Shown one piece after another: positions 1 through 9,222 of a stretch of 32,000 bases of DNA. The notes beneath the pieces were generated by a model. It was given only the letters and a program-made list of their open reading frames with translations. It was not told the DNA's origin and made no database searches. Both the position numbers and the translations under genes were made by a program. Position 1 is the stretch's first letter. Each line of letters starts with the position of its first letter. Source of the DNA: Zygophlyctis sp. KS116 (taxonomy: Eukaryota > Fungi > Chytridiomycota); contig BAAFSQ010000041.1 in assembly GCA_054661495.1 (NCBI GenBank), positions 1 through 32,000 on the forward strand. Direction: 5' to 3'.

Positions 1-864
1 AGAGAAAAAGACCAGTTGCCAGTGTAATTCTAGTGATTTTATGTTTTAGAAGAATGAGAGTCCAGGCAAGGAAGAGACTGTTGAGACTGTTGAAGAGACT
101 GTTGAGACTGTTGAAGAGACTGTTGAGACTGTTGAAGAGACTGTCGAGACTATTGAAAAGGAATCTACAAGTGCAAAAGGAATAATTCCTTCTCAACTTG
201 GGAATTTCTCTAAAAATAAAACTCAAGAAACTGTGTCTTTTCAGGATTATTCAAGTAGAAATTCTGATTTTAAAGGTCCAACATTTGGATCTAGCTCACA
301 GTTGTCAATGGGACTTTGGACTTTTCAAAGCAAGGAAGACTCGAAAAACTCTTTTGCTGAAATGTTAAACTCTCCAGTGAAAAAGAGGCCTAAAAAAGAC
401 TCTGAGTCTCAATCGGAATCTGATGAAGAAAAGAATGACGAGGAAGAATGGAGAGGAAATCATGATATTGAACCATGGGATCCGGAATCTTTAAAAACAG
501 GAGAAGAAGAGGAAGTTAACTTATTTACAACTAGGTGCAAATTGTTTACATGGGTAAAGAATGATTCTGATGGGAATTGGAAGGAAAGAGGATTGGGGAA
601 TTTAAAATTAAATACAGATTGTAATAGTAATGCAAGATTAGGTAATCTAAATTTCTAATTATAGTAATGAGAGCTGAAGGAGTGTTTAAAGTAATACTCA
701 ATGTTAGAATATTAAAGAATATGCCGTTAATGCATAGAAAAGATTCAAAATTTGTTGAATTTATTGCTTGTGAAACAGTACCAGATTTTACAAAATTTCT
801 AGTCAAAACAAGTTCAGTAGATGTTGCACAGGATTTGTATCAAGCGATAAAGGATATAATTTAG
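1..864 (+). CDS. Ran-binding domain (RanBP1/RanBD) protein, Nup2/Yrb2-like; 5' end outside window
   Basis: RanBD motifs TGEEEEVNLF..RCKLF, WKERGLGNLKLN. Removing a 23-nt GT-AG intron (642-664) restores ARLVMRAEGVFKVILN. A probable 26-nt intron lies at 24-49. Stop TAG 862-864. Confidence 0.85.
71..154 (+). repeat. 21-bp coding tandem repeat x4 (EETVETV)
   Basis: gaagagactgttgagactgtt three exact copies plus one copy with 2 substitutions, in frame with the RanBD gene. Confidence 0.9.
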
Positions 865-933
865 AGAATTTTTGGAGGTAATAAATCAGAAAATCAAAAT
901 CAAGAGTTGAAAGTAGAATATCTGAGGTGGTAT

Positions 934-1216
934 TTAAAGAGTATTTGATCTTCTCTTGATTGGGCCGATAACAAGATCCAGAGATTTTCTCTTTTTAACA
1001 TTCAAGTCTAATGCAGTTGATGCATCAGATTCACATTCGAGATTGAATGAAACTGATTTCATTCTCTTTCTTTGAACTGATGATGAATACATTTTATAAA
1101 GATTGGATGCCGCATAAACGCCAAACTTTAGCCGCTGTAGGAATTCTAAGAGAGATCAATTCTCTTTCAAGAATGCTGTATTGATGACTATATTCCATTT
1201 GCCAATCATTGTTCAT
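934..1216 (-). CDS. Putative small basic protein (~80 aa), possible Whi5/Nrm1-like motif
   Basis: ATG 1216. One intron ends at an acceptor at 1146 (donor GC at 1176 = 31 nt, or GT at 1188 = 43 nt; both in frame). Product: ...YKFLQRLKFGVYAASNLYKMYSSSVQRKRMKSVSF...VKKRKSLDLVIGPIKRRSNTL*. Not in the ORF track. Confidence 0.4.
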
Positions 1217-1246
1217 TCAGTAAACGTCATCATTTAAATAACCGAA

Positions 1247-2470
1247 ATGGCTCCAAACATTTATGTCGTTTTGGATTCAAATGGGACAGTAGATAACAGC
1301 TATTTACCAGGATCATGGATCAGTGGAAGAGTTATTTTGAATCTATCAAGTCCACAAAAGACAAGAGGATTAAGGCTACAATTTAGGGGGTATGATCATG
1401 TAGAATTTACGGATACTAAAGAACGTCGATCTGGTAATCCTCATCATCGCCATCAGACCAAAGTTCGACGAGAGACTGTTGAATACTTTAATAATGTTAT
1501 AACTCTTTTAGGATATCCTAGAGGCCAATCTGTTTCTGAAAACGAACTCGTAGTGTTAAATCCGGGAAATTCAGAATTCCCATTTAGAATCCAGGTGCCG
1601 AATATGATTCTTCCTACAGCTATTATACTGAATTATGGAAGAACTTGCTATGAGATATCTTCTTATTTAGATATTGTAAACTGGTTTGATACATCCACAC
1701 CGAATTTTCAAATACTTATTAAAAGTTTAGTTGTTGTGAATACACCTGACTTGCTTCGCGGGGTGTCGATAAATCAAGAAAAAATAATGGGATGTTTTTC
1801 TAATCAAGGTGAAATTAGATCTGTAATTTCAATTGAAAAACAAGGATATTTACCAGGAGAAACAATAAATATAACCTGTAAAGTCACAAATATTTCAAAG
1901 AATACAACAATATATTCAATCGAGGCTTCTATTAAGGTTAAAACTGTCTTTTCGGCGATGAGTTCCGAAAGACACCAATCGGATAAAGTTTGTTATATCG
2001 TATATCCTCAAACATTCTCGCCTCAAAGTCCTGCAGCCTTGACAACAGTTGTTCAAATTACTATTCCTAATGATACTCTTTGCTCAAGAAATAATTCACG
2101 GCTCATAAGTATGCAACATTTTCTTAAATTAAAATTAAATTACGGGAAATTTGGAAGTAACATTGAACATGTGCTGCCTATCGTCATTGGTAATAGTCTG
2201 CTAGATACTCAAGCCTCACAAGTACATCATCAACCTCAACAGGGATATCCACAGCCAGCTTATCAGCAACAACAAAATGGATATGATAAACAACAAGATG
2301 GATATCAGCAACAACAACATGGATATGATAAACAACAAGATGAATATCAGAATCAACAAGATGAATATCAGAATCAACAACATGAATATCAGAATCAACA
2401 ACATGGATATCAGGATCAGCAACTACAACATGGATATGATCAGCGAAAAAATGGATATCCAGGCTCATAA
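1247..2470 (+). CDS. Alpha-arrestin (arrestin N and C domains) with Q/Y-rich C-terminal repeats
   Basis: Intronless 407-aa ORF. YLPGSWISGRVILNL, RGLRLQFRG, PGNSEFPFRIQVP, GYLPGETINI and LPIVIG are typical arrestin-domain motifs. Confidence 0.85.
   Translation: MAPNIYVVLDSNGTVDNSYLPGSWISGRVILNLSSPQKTRGLRLQFRGYDHVEFTDTKERRSGNPHHRHQTKVRRETVEYFNNVITLLGYPRGQSVSENELVVLNPGNSEFPFRIQVPNMILPTAIILNYGRTCYEISSYLDIVNWFDTSTPNFQILIKSLVVVNTPDLLRGVSINQEKIMGCFSNQGEIRSVISIEKQGYLPGETINITCKVTNISKNTTIYSIEASIKVKTVFSAMSSERHQSDKVCYIVYPQTFSPQSPAALTTVVQITIPNDTLCSRNNSRLISMQHFLKLKLNYGKFGSNIEHVLPIVIGNSLLDTQASQVHHQPQQGYPQPAYQQQQNGYDKQQDGYQQQQHGYDKQQDEYQNQQDEYQNQQHEYQNQQHGYQDQQLQHGYDQRKNGYPGS
2261..2460 (+). repeat. Degenerate 21-bp coding repeat (7-aa unit, GYDKQQD / EYQNQQH)
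   Basis: About 9 units such as ggatatgataaacaacaagat and gaatatcagaatcaacaacat. The repeat also keeps several other frames open, which explains spurious ORFs here. Confidence 0.85.
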
Positions 2471-2680
2471 CTGATAATAACTCTGATCGTATTTGCAATA
2501 TTCACTTTAATTTCTGATGTCGATAAATTTCATAATGTTAATTTTATTTACTGATAAATTAATAAAGTTATTGAGGAATTTCCGAAGAGAGCATGTTTTT
2601 ATTGAGGTTTCTTAAAAAACTAATTTTTAATTTGTCATTCTTAATTATCAATATGTTTAACCCTGAAAAAGCGGTAATCA

Positions 2681-2763
2681 CCGAACATAGCTCAGTTGGA
2701 AGAGCACGAGACTGTAATACAATAGTTATCTCGGTGTCCCCAGTTCGATCCTGGGTGTTCGGA
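2681..2763 (+). tRNA. tRNA-Tyr(GTA) with 10-nt intron
   Basis: Acceptor stem CCGAACA/TGTTCGG with C1:G72 and discriminator A (eukaryotic Tyr identity). D-arm GCTC-AGTTGGAA-GAGC; anticodon stem CGAGA/TCTCG with GTA at 2714-2716; intron TACAATAGTT 2718-2727 at the canonical 37/38 site; T-loop TTCGATC. Mature length 73 nt. Confidence 0.97.
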
Positions 2764-2771
2764 TTTTTTTT
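2764..2771 (+). terminator. RNA polymerase III oligo-T terminator
   Basis: Run of 8 T immediately after the tRNA discriminator base. Confidence 0.8.
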
Positions 2772-2911
2772 GGGTATTTGTGATTTTTAAATTTTTGGTA
2801 TCGTATATCTGATTTTCCTCGAGAAACTGATTTGTCACCAATTTTTTCATCAATAAACTACGTTTAAAAAACAGCTGCTTGTTTATCAAATCGTAAATAT
2901 TTATGTAGTGA

Positions 2912-3799
2912 CTAAATCTTTAATGCCAAATTACGTGCCATTTTCTTTCTATATTCACAAACTTGATCACTAGAGAAATCCAAAGCCTCTCCCTTTGCAA
3001 TCCTATGAGCAGTTAAACATGTATGAACACCACATGAATTCCCATCAATCTGCAGTGGTGAGTCTCCTGCCTTTATACAAAATTTCAAATCCTCGATTGT
3101 CCTTAAAATCGGAGACTTTATTTGATCAATATTACTTAAATATTGCTCTGCTTCTTTTATCAGTATAGGCAATAATTGAGAGTAAACCTTTTTCAGCTTT
3201 TGAACTGAAGATCCTAAAGAATCATACTGAATGATTTCCATTTTTCCTATATAAATTACACCCAAAGACCAATGCGTATTTCCATGATTAATTGGAAATA
3301 TTACATGATCGTATTCAAATAAATACTTTTTGACTATTGCTTTCCTTAACCAACTTGAAACATTTAGTCCCCTTTCAAGATTTGTAAAAAAGAATGAATT
3401 TAGAAATATCGATTTAGGATATGCAGCTCCTAAAAGTTTGAAAAATGCATTAATCATTTCATCATTGAGCCAAGAGTTTGATTTTTCAAGAGTCTTTAAG
3501 AGCAATCTTGTAATTGGAATATTATCTAAATAAATCTGAACAAAATCCTCGAATAATGTAGATTTTGTATAATATTCTGATCGGATAGAATCTATAATTT
3601 CTTTTGATAGTCGACCTGAATTAAAAGATTGATAATCATCTGCAGAGTCTGTAGAGTCTGAATCAAGCGTTAGATCTATAATTTCCAAATCATCATGCGC
3701 CTTTGATTTTGTATTTACAACAACCATACTTAATTTACTCATTGATTCTGTTAACGGATCCCCATCAAAATCATTATCGCAAATATAAATCTTGTTCAT
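2912..3799 (-). CDS. Ulp1/SENP-family SUMO protease (peptidase C48)
   Basis: WLNDEMINAFF, FLNSFFF, IFPINHGNTHWSL (catalytic His), YDSL (Asp), QIDGNSCGVH (Gln/Cys). N-terminal IIDLT plus acidic tract resembles a SUMO-interacting motif. A short upstream exon (ATG 3857) is possible. Confidence 0.9.
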   Translation of the reverse strand: MNKIYICDNDFDGDPLTESMSKLSMVVVNTKSKAHDDLEIIDLTLDSDSTDSADDYQSFNSGRLSKEIIDSIRSEYYTKSTLFEDFVQIYLDNIPITRLLLKTLEKSNSWLNDEMINAFFKLLGAAYPKSIFLNSFFFTNLERGLNVSSWLRKAIVKKYLFEYDHVIFPINHGNTHWSLGVIYIGKMEIIQYDSLGSSVQKLKKVYSQLLPILIKEAEQYLSNIDQIKSPILRTIEDLKFCIKAGDSPLQIDGNSCGVHTCLTAHRIAKGEALDFSSDQVCEYRKKMARNLALKI

Positions 3800-4000
3800 T
3801 TCTAGTTTGCCCTAAATTCTATAATTCTCTAGCATTGCTTTTTGTTAGTCTGATCATACACTAGAAATATAAGCAAGGCATATCTAAAGATTGTGAGCCA
3901 TGTCACTGAATTCACTGGCGATCCAAAAGATCCAATCAAAGTTGAGGCGTCTGGCGTTTGTTTGTTTGCTGCTCTTTTAAAAAACTAAACCGAAATTCAA

Positions 4001-5248
4001 ATGGAACCTTTGACCGATAGACCAAGCGGATATCCTGGAAATCTTACTCCAGAACAAACCAAAGTTTTTGCGGATTTCAAGACTGCACTCTCTCGCCGAT
4101 TCTCTTCTCCTACATATGATGATATTCCAGTAAGCTAAAGTTTGCATTAATCAAAGATTGCTTTATGGGGTGTTTCTCTTCCAAGAAGAACTGCAAAAGG
4201 TGATATAAATTCTGCTCAAGAAGCAATCTTGCTAAAGTTCTTGAGAGATGCAAGATGGAATCCAAATGAAGCTGCATCAAGAATTGCTGCTACTTTGAAA
4301 TGGAGAGTTGAATTTAAAATTGAAAACCTTAATAAGGAAAAGTGGAGTGAAGAATTAAGCAAGGCTTGTTTTGTGAATGGTGTGGATCGTAATGGTAATC
4401 CAATCATCTATACCAATTATGCTCTCATGTCAAAATTAGGATTATTATCTGATCCTGAAAAGTTTACTAGATGGAGAATTCATGTATTGGAAAAAGCTTT
4501 ACAAAAAGCTGATTTTGCTTCTGGTTGTGAAAAGATCACTCAAGTTTTTGATTGGACTGGAATAGGACTATTCCTTGATTCTAGAATCAATGATTCTAAT
4601 AGTAGATTAGCGTCTATTACTAAACTATATTATCCAGAATGCTTTGAATACAAGGCTCAAATTAATATTTCTGGATTGAAAGAGTTTCTTATCAAACTTG
4701 GAAACTTTTTTACTGGTGACTTGACTAGTAATTTAGCAATTACACCTGCAAATGTTCGTCCAGCATTATTGGAAATTATTTCTCCAGATTCTATTATTCC
4801 AGAATTTGGTGGTTTTGATCCTTTACCACCTGGAACTGAATCTGTAGTATTATGTCAAAGAGTTTTGGCTGGTAAAACATTTTCTCATGAAGCCCCTGCC
4901 AATAAAGGAGATGTTATACATTATTCATATATTTGCAAAGAAGGAGATATTACTGGATCTTATGGCTTTAAAAAAGAAGGAAAGAAATACTTGGATGATA
5001 AGAACCAAATTGCTAAAAAAGACAGTGGAAAAGGAATTTATGAAGTTGATCGTAAAGGTGCATTTGTAATGTCTTTTGCAAATGAAGATCCTACTGGTGA
5101 AAAAACAATTTATTTCCGTGCTTCAGTGGTTGTCAAGGATGACACTAAAGTAGACAAGAAAAAATCTAAAAAAGATAAAAAGGAAAATCGTAAATCTGCA
5201 GCTGTTACATCATCAGAAGCAGTACATGATTCTGAAAAGGAAACTTAA
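4001..5248 (+). CDS. Sec14/CRAL-TRIO lipid-transfer protein with C-terminal GOLD-like domain
   Basis: ATG 4001 MEPLTDRPSGYPGNLTPEQ; 27-nt intron 4130-4156; LLKFLRDARWN, LKWRVEF, GVDRNGNPI, YYPE, IIPEFGG; beta-rich C-terminal domain with a basic tail. Confidence 0.88.
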
Positions 5249-5300
5249 AATTAGAAAACAAAGAGAAACATCAATTTTTATGATTAGAGTTTGATTCTTG

Positions 5301-5354
5301 AGGTGAGCGTTCAGATCCAAAGGTGAGCGTTCAGATCTAAAGGTGAGCGTTCAG
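5301..5354 (+). repeat. 20-bp tandem repeat x2.7 upstream of SUMO
   Basis: aggtgagcgttcagatccaa / aggtgagcgttcagatctaa / aggtgagcgttcag, ending 20 bp before the SUMO ATG. Confidence 0.9.
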
Positions 5355-5374
5355 GTTCCTTACTGTTAAAAAGA

Positions 5375-5684
5375 ATGTCAGAGTCTCAACCAACTGAAGA
5401 GAAAAAAGTCGAACATATTAATCTTAAAGTCGTCGGACCTGATGGAGGAGAAGTCGCATTCAAGATCAAAAAGACTACAAACTTATCTAAACTCATGGAA
5501 GCATATGCTACTAAAACTGGACAAGTAATTTTATCTATTTAATGGAAAGAGAATAGCAGATGTAAGATTTCTTTATGAAGGAGAAAGACTCAAGGGACAT
5601 GAAAATCCGACTGATTTAGATATGGAAGATGGCGATCAAATTCAGGCTTTAATTGAACAACAGGGAGGTCAATACAGGATTTAG
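5375..5684 (+). CDS. SMT3: SUMO (small ubiquitin-like modifier) precursor
   Basis: [50 protein letters not shown] | 25-nt intron 5525-5549 | [44 protein letters not shown]. Diglycine plus 4-aa propeptide. Absent from the ORF track. Confidence 0.95.
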
Positions 5685-5830
5685 TATTGTTTTTAAGAAA
5701 TTCCTTTATTCTTTTATATTTCATTCTTGATGAGGATGGTACATAGCATGTAATGGTTGTTAAAGATCTGCACGTAAATGTGGCACTTTTTAGGCGCAAT
5801 TAAACGACTGAATTTCTCCGGATAACTGAT

Positions 5831-7453
5831 ATGGCAAAGAAGAAAAAGGAAAGGCCGGACAACTCTGATAACGAATCAATCATTGGTGCTTTTGAATTAC
5901 AACCAGAGAGGAGGAAATCATTTACAAGAATTTCACAAACATTCTTCAAGATCTTTAGAAGGATTTCTGTTTGGATTGCAATCATATCAATGTTACAATA
6001 TAGATACTGGACAGGTATTATTTTTTAAATTTTATATCAGGGAGAATTCAATGGCCTCTGACTTGTAATTTGTTTGGGTTAAGATGTCCGGTTTGGCCGG
6101 TATTAGGGACGGTATCAGATGGTTATGAGAGTATTGTAGATGCATTTAAGAGGAATTTTGAAGGTGGGTTTGAAGTCGGTGCTAGTTTTTCTGCATATGG
6201 TATGAAATTTAGGAATTTTTACTAAAGTGGGTCAAGTACCAGTCTGTGAATTATATGGCGGATTTCATAACAAGTATTATAAAAGGCCGTAACTTGAATT
6301 TTTATAATAATTTTAGCTATGATCCTTCAACTTTACAATTGGTGTTTTCTTCGTCAAAATTTGTGGTATTTTTTAAAATCTAAAGAAAAGGAATCTGTTG
6401 TTGTAGCGTATCTTGTAAATAAAGGGGTACTAGATTATGATGAAAAAATATCTACTTATTGGCCAGAGTTTTCTCAAGGAAATAAGGAAAATGTGACTGT
6501 TAAAAATGTTTGTTTTTTCATACCTAAAAAATAGTTGTTGGGGCATAGAGCGGGTGTGACTTATTTAGATAGACCTCCTACATTTCAGGAATTAGCGGAT
6601 TTAGATAGACTTGCGGTATTATTAGCTAAACAACCTCATAATTTTAATGGAACGGATGTTCAAGGCTATCATGCAGTAGGATTTATAATTTTTAAATTTT
6701 TAGATTACTAGAGGTTGGTATTTGAATGAGATTGCAAGAAGAGTTGATCCCATGAATAGGACTCTAGGACAAATTATAAAGGAAGATTTTATGGATATTT
6801 TAGATATTGAATACTATTTAGGACTGCCAGCAGAGTTGGAACATCGCATATCACCCTTGATTGGTTATCCAGCTTTGAGGACTCTAGCAAAAGTTTTAGT
6901 TCCTTCTTATTTTCAAAAAGGAAAAGTTGCATCTGGTATAGCAAAGATTTTAAATGTAAACTCGCTAAGTTATAAGGCGACGGTTGGTACAAATCCAAAA
7001 CAAATTAGAATGTGGCCTCATACACATAACAGAAAAGAAATTTGGTTCTCTGAAGGTCCTAGCTATGGAGGGATAACGAATGCTAAATCACTTGCTCGAT
7101 TTGCTGCATTGATTGCTAATGAAGGTTCATTTGGTTTAGCAAACTTAATTTCTCCTCGTCTAGTTAGAGAGTCACTTGAACATTTACCGTGGATGCCTGA
7201 TGCTGTTGTTTCTAGAAACGTCACTTTTAGTGTTGGAGGATGGGGAATGAATCTCAAATTTCCTGGATCAGATCTAGAGTGGATTGGATGGGGTGGAGTT
7301 GGTGGGAGTATGGTGTTTTTTAATCGTGAAACAAAAATCTCTTTTGCATACGTAATGAATTCGATGACTCTATCTGGTATTGGAGATCATCGTTCTTTTG
7401 CACTCATATCAGAGCTTGTAAGGTGTTATAATGACCTTCAACAGAAATCATAA
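5831..7453 (+). CDS. Beta-lactamase/transpeptidase-like serine hydrolase with N-terminal hydrophobic segment
   Basis: Six introns (6015-6040, 6200-6227, 6289-6316, 6366-6390, 6508-6534, 6676-6703) give a continuous frame with EVGASFSAY, catalytic SxxK (VFSSSK), YWPEF, LLGHRAG, GYHAIT and GWGGVGGS. Confidence 0.88.
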
Positions 7454-7475
7454 AAGAATTAAAATAGTAAATGAA

Positions 7476-9100
7476 TCAATTGATTTTTGACTTGATAGCA
7501 CGATCAGCAATTGGCCCCCATGCTGTAGCTACCGAAACTGGATGATTGAGCATATGTCCCACACCTCTTAATAACAGAGACAATCTAACTGGCATGATCA
7601 AAAAATCTGCGGTCTTGTTCCATGGATCTTTGGCATAGAGTTTATCTATATATTGTTGAATATTCAAACCTTCCGTAATATGTCTACCATCTTGATCCAT
7701 CACCACCTGATTAACTTTAAATATAACATCTCTATCAAAAAACTTGCTTTCATATCCTAATTCTATACTCTTTTGGACAACTGCTTCAATGTCGTGATTG
7801 GCCAAATGAAGAATTAATTCTGCCAAATTCAATCTTTCCTCATCGCTCAGACGTTTCACTTGACCATAATCAATCATACCAATTCTTCCATCCTTGAGAA
7901 GCAAAAAATTACCAGGATGAGGATCTGAATTGAAAACTCCATTAACCAGCAACTGATGCCCATGTGCCTTGAGCAAAGTATCCATAATTTTTGAAGAATT
8001 CAATGGAATAAAAGATTTCGCATAATTAATTCGGTAATTTGTAAACACTGATAACAATAAATTTCCAACCCAAACAAATACATTAATTGTTGTATCTTTT
8101 GCATATAAAGCTTTTCTATAAATTTCTAATTGGAATGCTGATGGACCATTATATGGAGGAGGAAGACCTCATTTAGCTATTTTATCCTTTATTTCCCTTT
8201 CCAGCTGTTTCGGATCCATCCCTTTTATTCGTGCATAATCATTTAATTGTGTTCTTATACCATCAATCAGTTTTGGTCCTTCTAAAAACTCCATTGTCAA
8301 TACATTTTTGGAACAGTAGTTATCAAATGGTTTTGGAACCACTAAAACACTATCAAAACCGGCTTTACTCATATTTCTTCGAACATCATTCAAGTTCTGA
8401 GCCTCGTGTCGATAATCAAATTCCGTTGTAAACATTTTTGAAACTTCATCCATCATCACCAGCTGTTCTGGAGCAAATACTTTACAAAAACGACGGGCCG
8501 CATTTATGTCATTTTTTAAAAGCCTTTCTGACTCTGGAGATTGTACTTTTACTGCAACCGGTACTTTTCTACCATTTTGATAAATATGTGCCTTATGAAC
8601 TTGTCCTATTGAAGCAGATCCTATAGGAGTATCATTAAAATCATGAAAAACAGTCTCAAATTCTTTTAATCCGAGTCCCTCCACTATAATTTCTTTTGCC
8701 TGTTTTCCTGAAAGTGAAGGAGGAACTTGATCTTCCAGAACTCTTAATTTTTCAATATAGACTTCAGGTAAATCATTAGCACGATTTGCCCTATAAAATC
8801 AACTAAAAGTAAAAAATACATAACTTGAGCAACTTTGATATAAAATCCCCTCAAATCCCTTAAAGTCTCCATCACTTTATCAGAATATTTATCATGCAAT
8901 TCCTGCCATTCCGCATCTTCTAAACTTGAATTTTTAGGAAACGTCTTGAGTTTCAATTCTACAAATCTGTAGTGTGAGATGACTGGTCCCAATTCCTTAA
9001 ATAGAGTACATGTTCTCTTAAAATCATCATTATAGTTGTATAAATAAGTTGTTGATCCTGCAGTAGCAGCCAATCCTCCGCCAATTAACCGTCTGATCAT
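7476..9100 (-). CDS. ABC1/ADCK (UbiB family) atypical kinase, interrupted by one in-frame TGA (8169-8171)
   Basis: GFYIKVAQ, 29-nt intron 8791-8819, PIGSASIGQVHKA, VAVKVQ, EFDYRHEA, VLTMEFLEG, FNSDPHPGN, IDYGQVK. The two ORF-track pieces are in the same frame and separated only by one TGA. Possibly a null allele. Confidence 0.85.
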
Positions 9101-9222
9101 TTTCGGACAACAGTGTCTGTCCCATCTTTAAGTCCTGTTCCATCTATTCCGTCTTTATAGCCCATTCAACCATTATCAACCAAAGATAAATTGTCATTTA
9201 AAAGTAGAATATCAAGCATAAA

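Noticed and set aside
2184-2498. Extra ORFs overlapping the arrestin tail on both strands
   Set aside because: Artefacts of the 21-bp repeat keeping frames open.
2593-2889. Short ORFs across the tRNA
   Set aside because: Explained by the tRNA-Tyr gene; no protein signature.
3800-3857. Non-canonical (GC-AG or GA-AG) first intron in the Ulp gene
   Set aside because: An in-frame join is possible but unnecessary because ATG 3799 gives a complete protein. Not supportable without RNA data.
5301-5354. Repeats here, at 71-154 and at 17639-17717 considered as CRISPR arrays
   Set aside because: No unique spacers, no cas genes, eukaryotic context.
5831-7453. Beta-lactamase as a recent bacterial transfer or resistance gene
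   Set aside because: Six host-type introns and host-like composition; the family is widespread in fungi as esterases/hydrolases.
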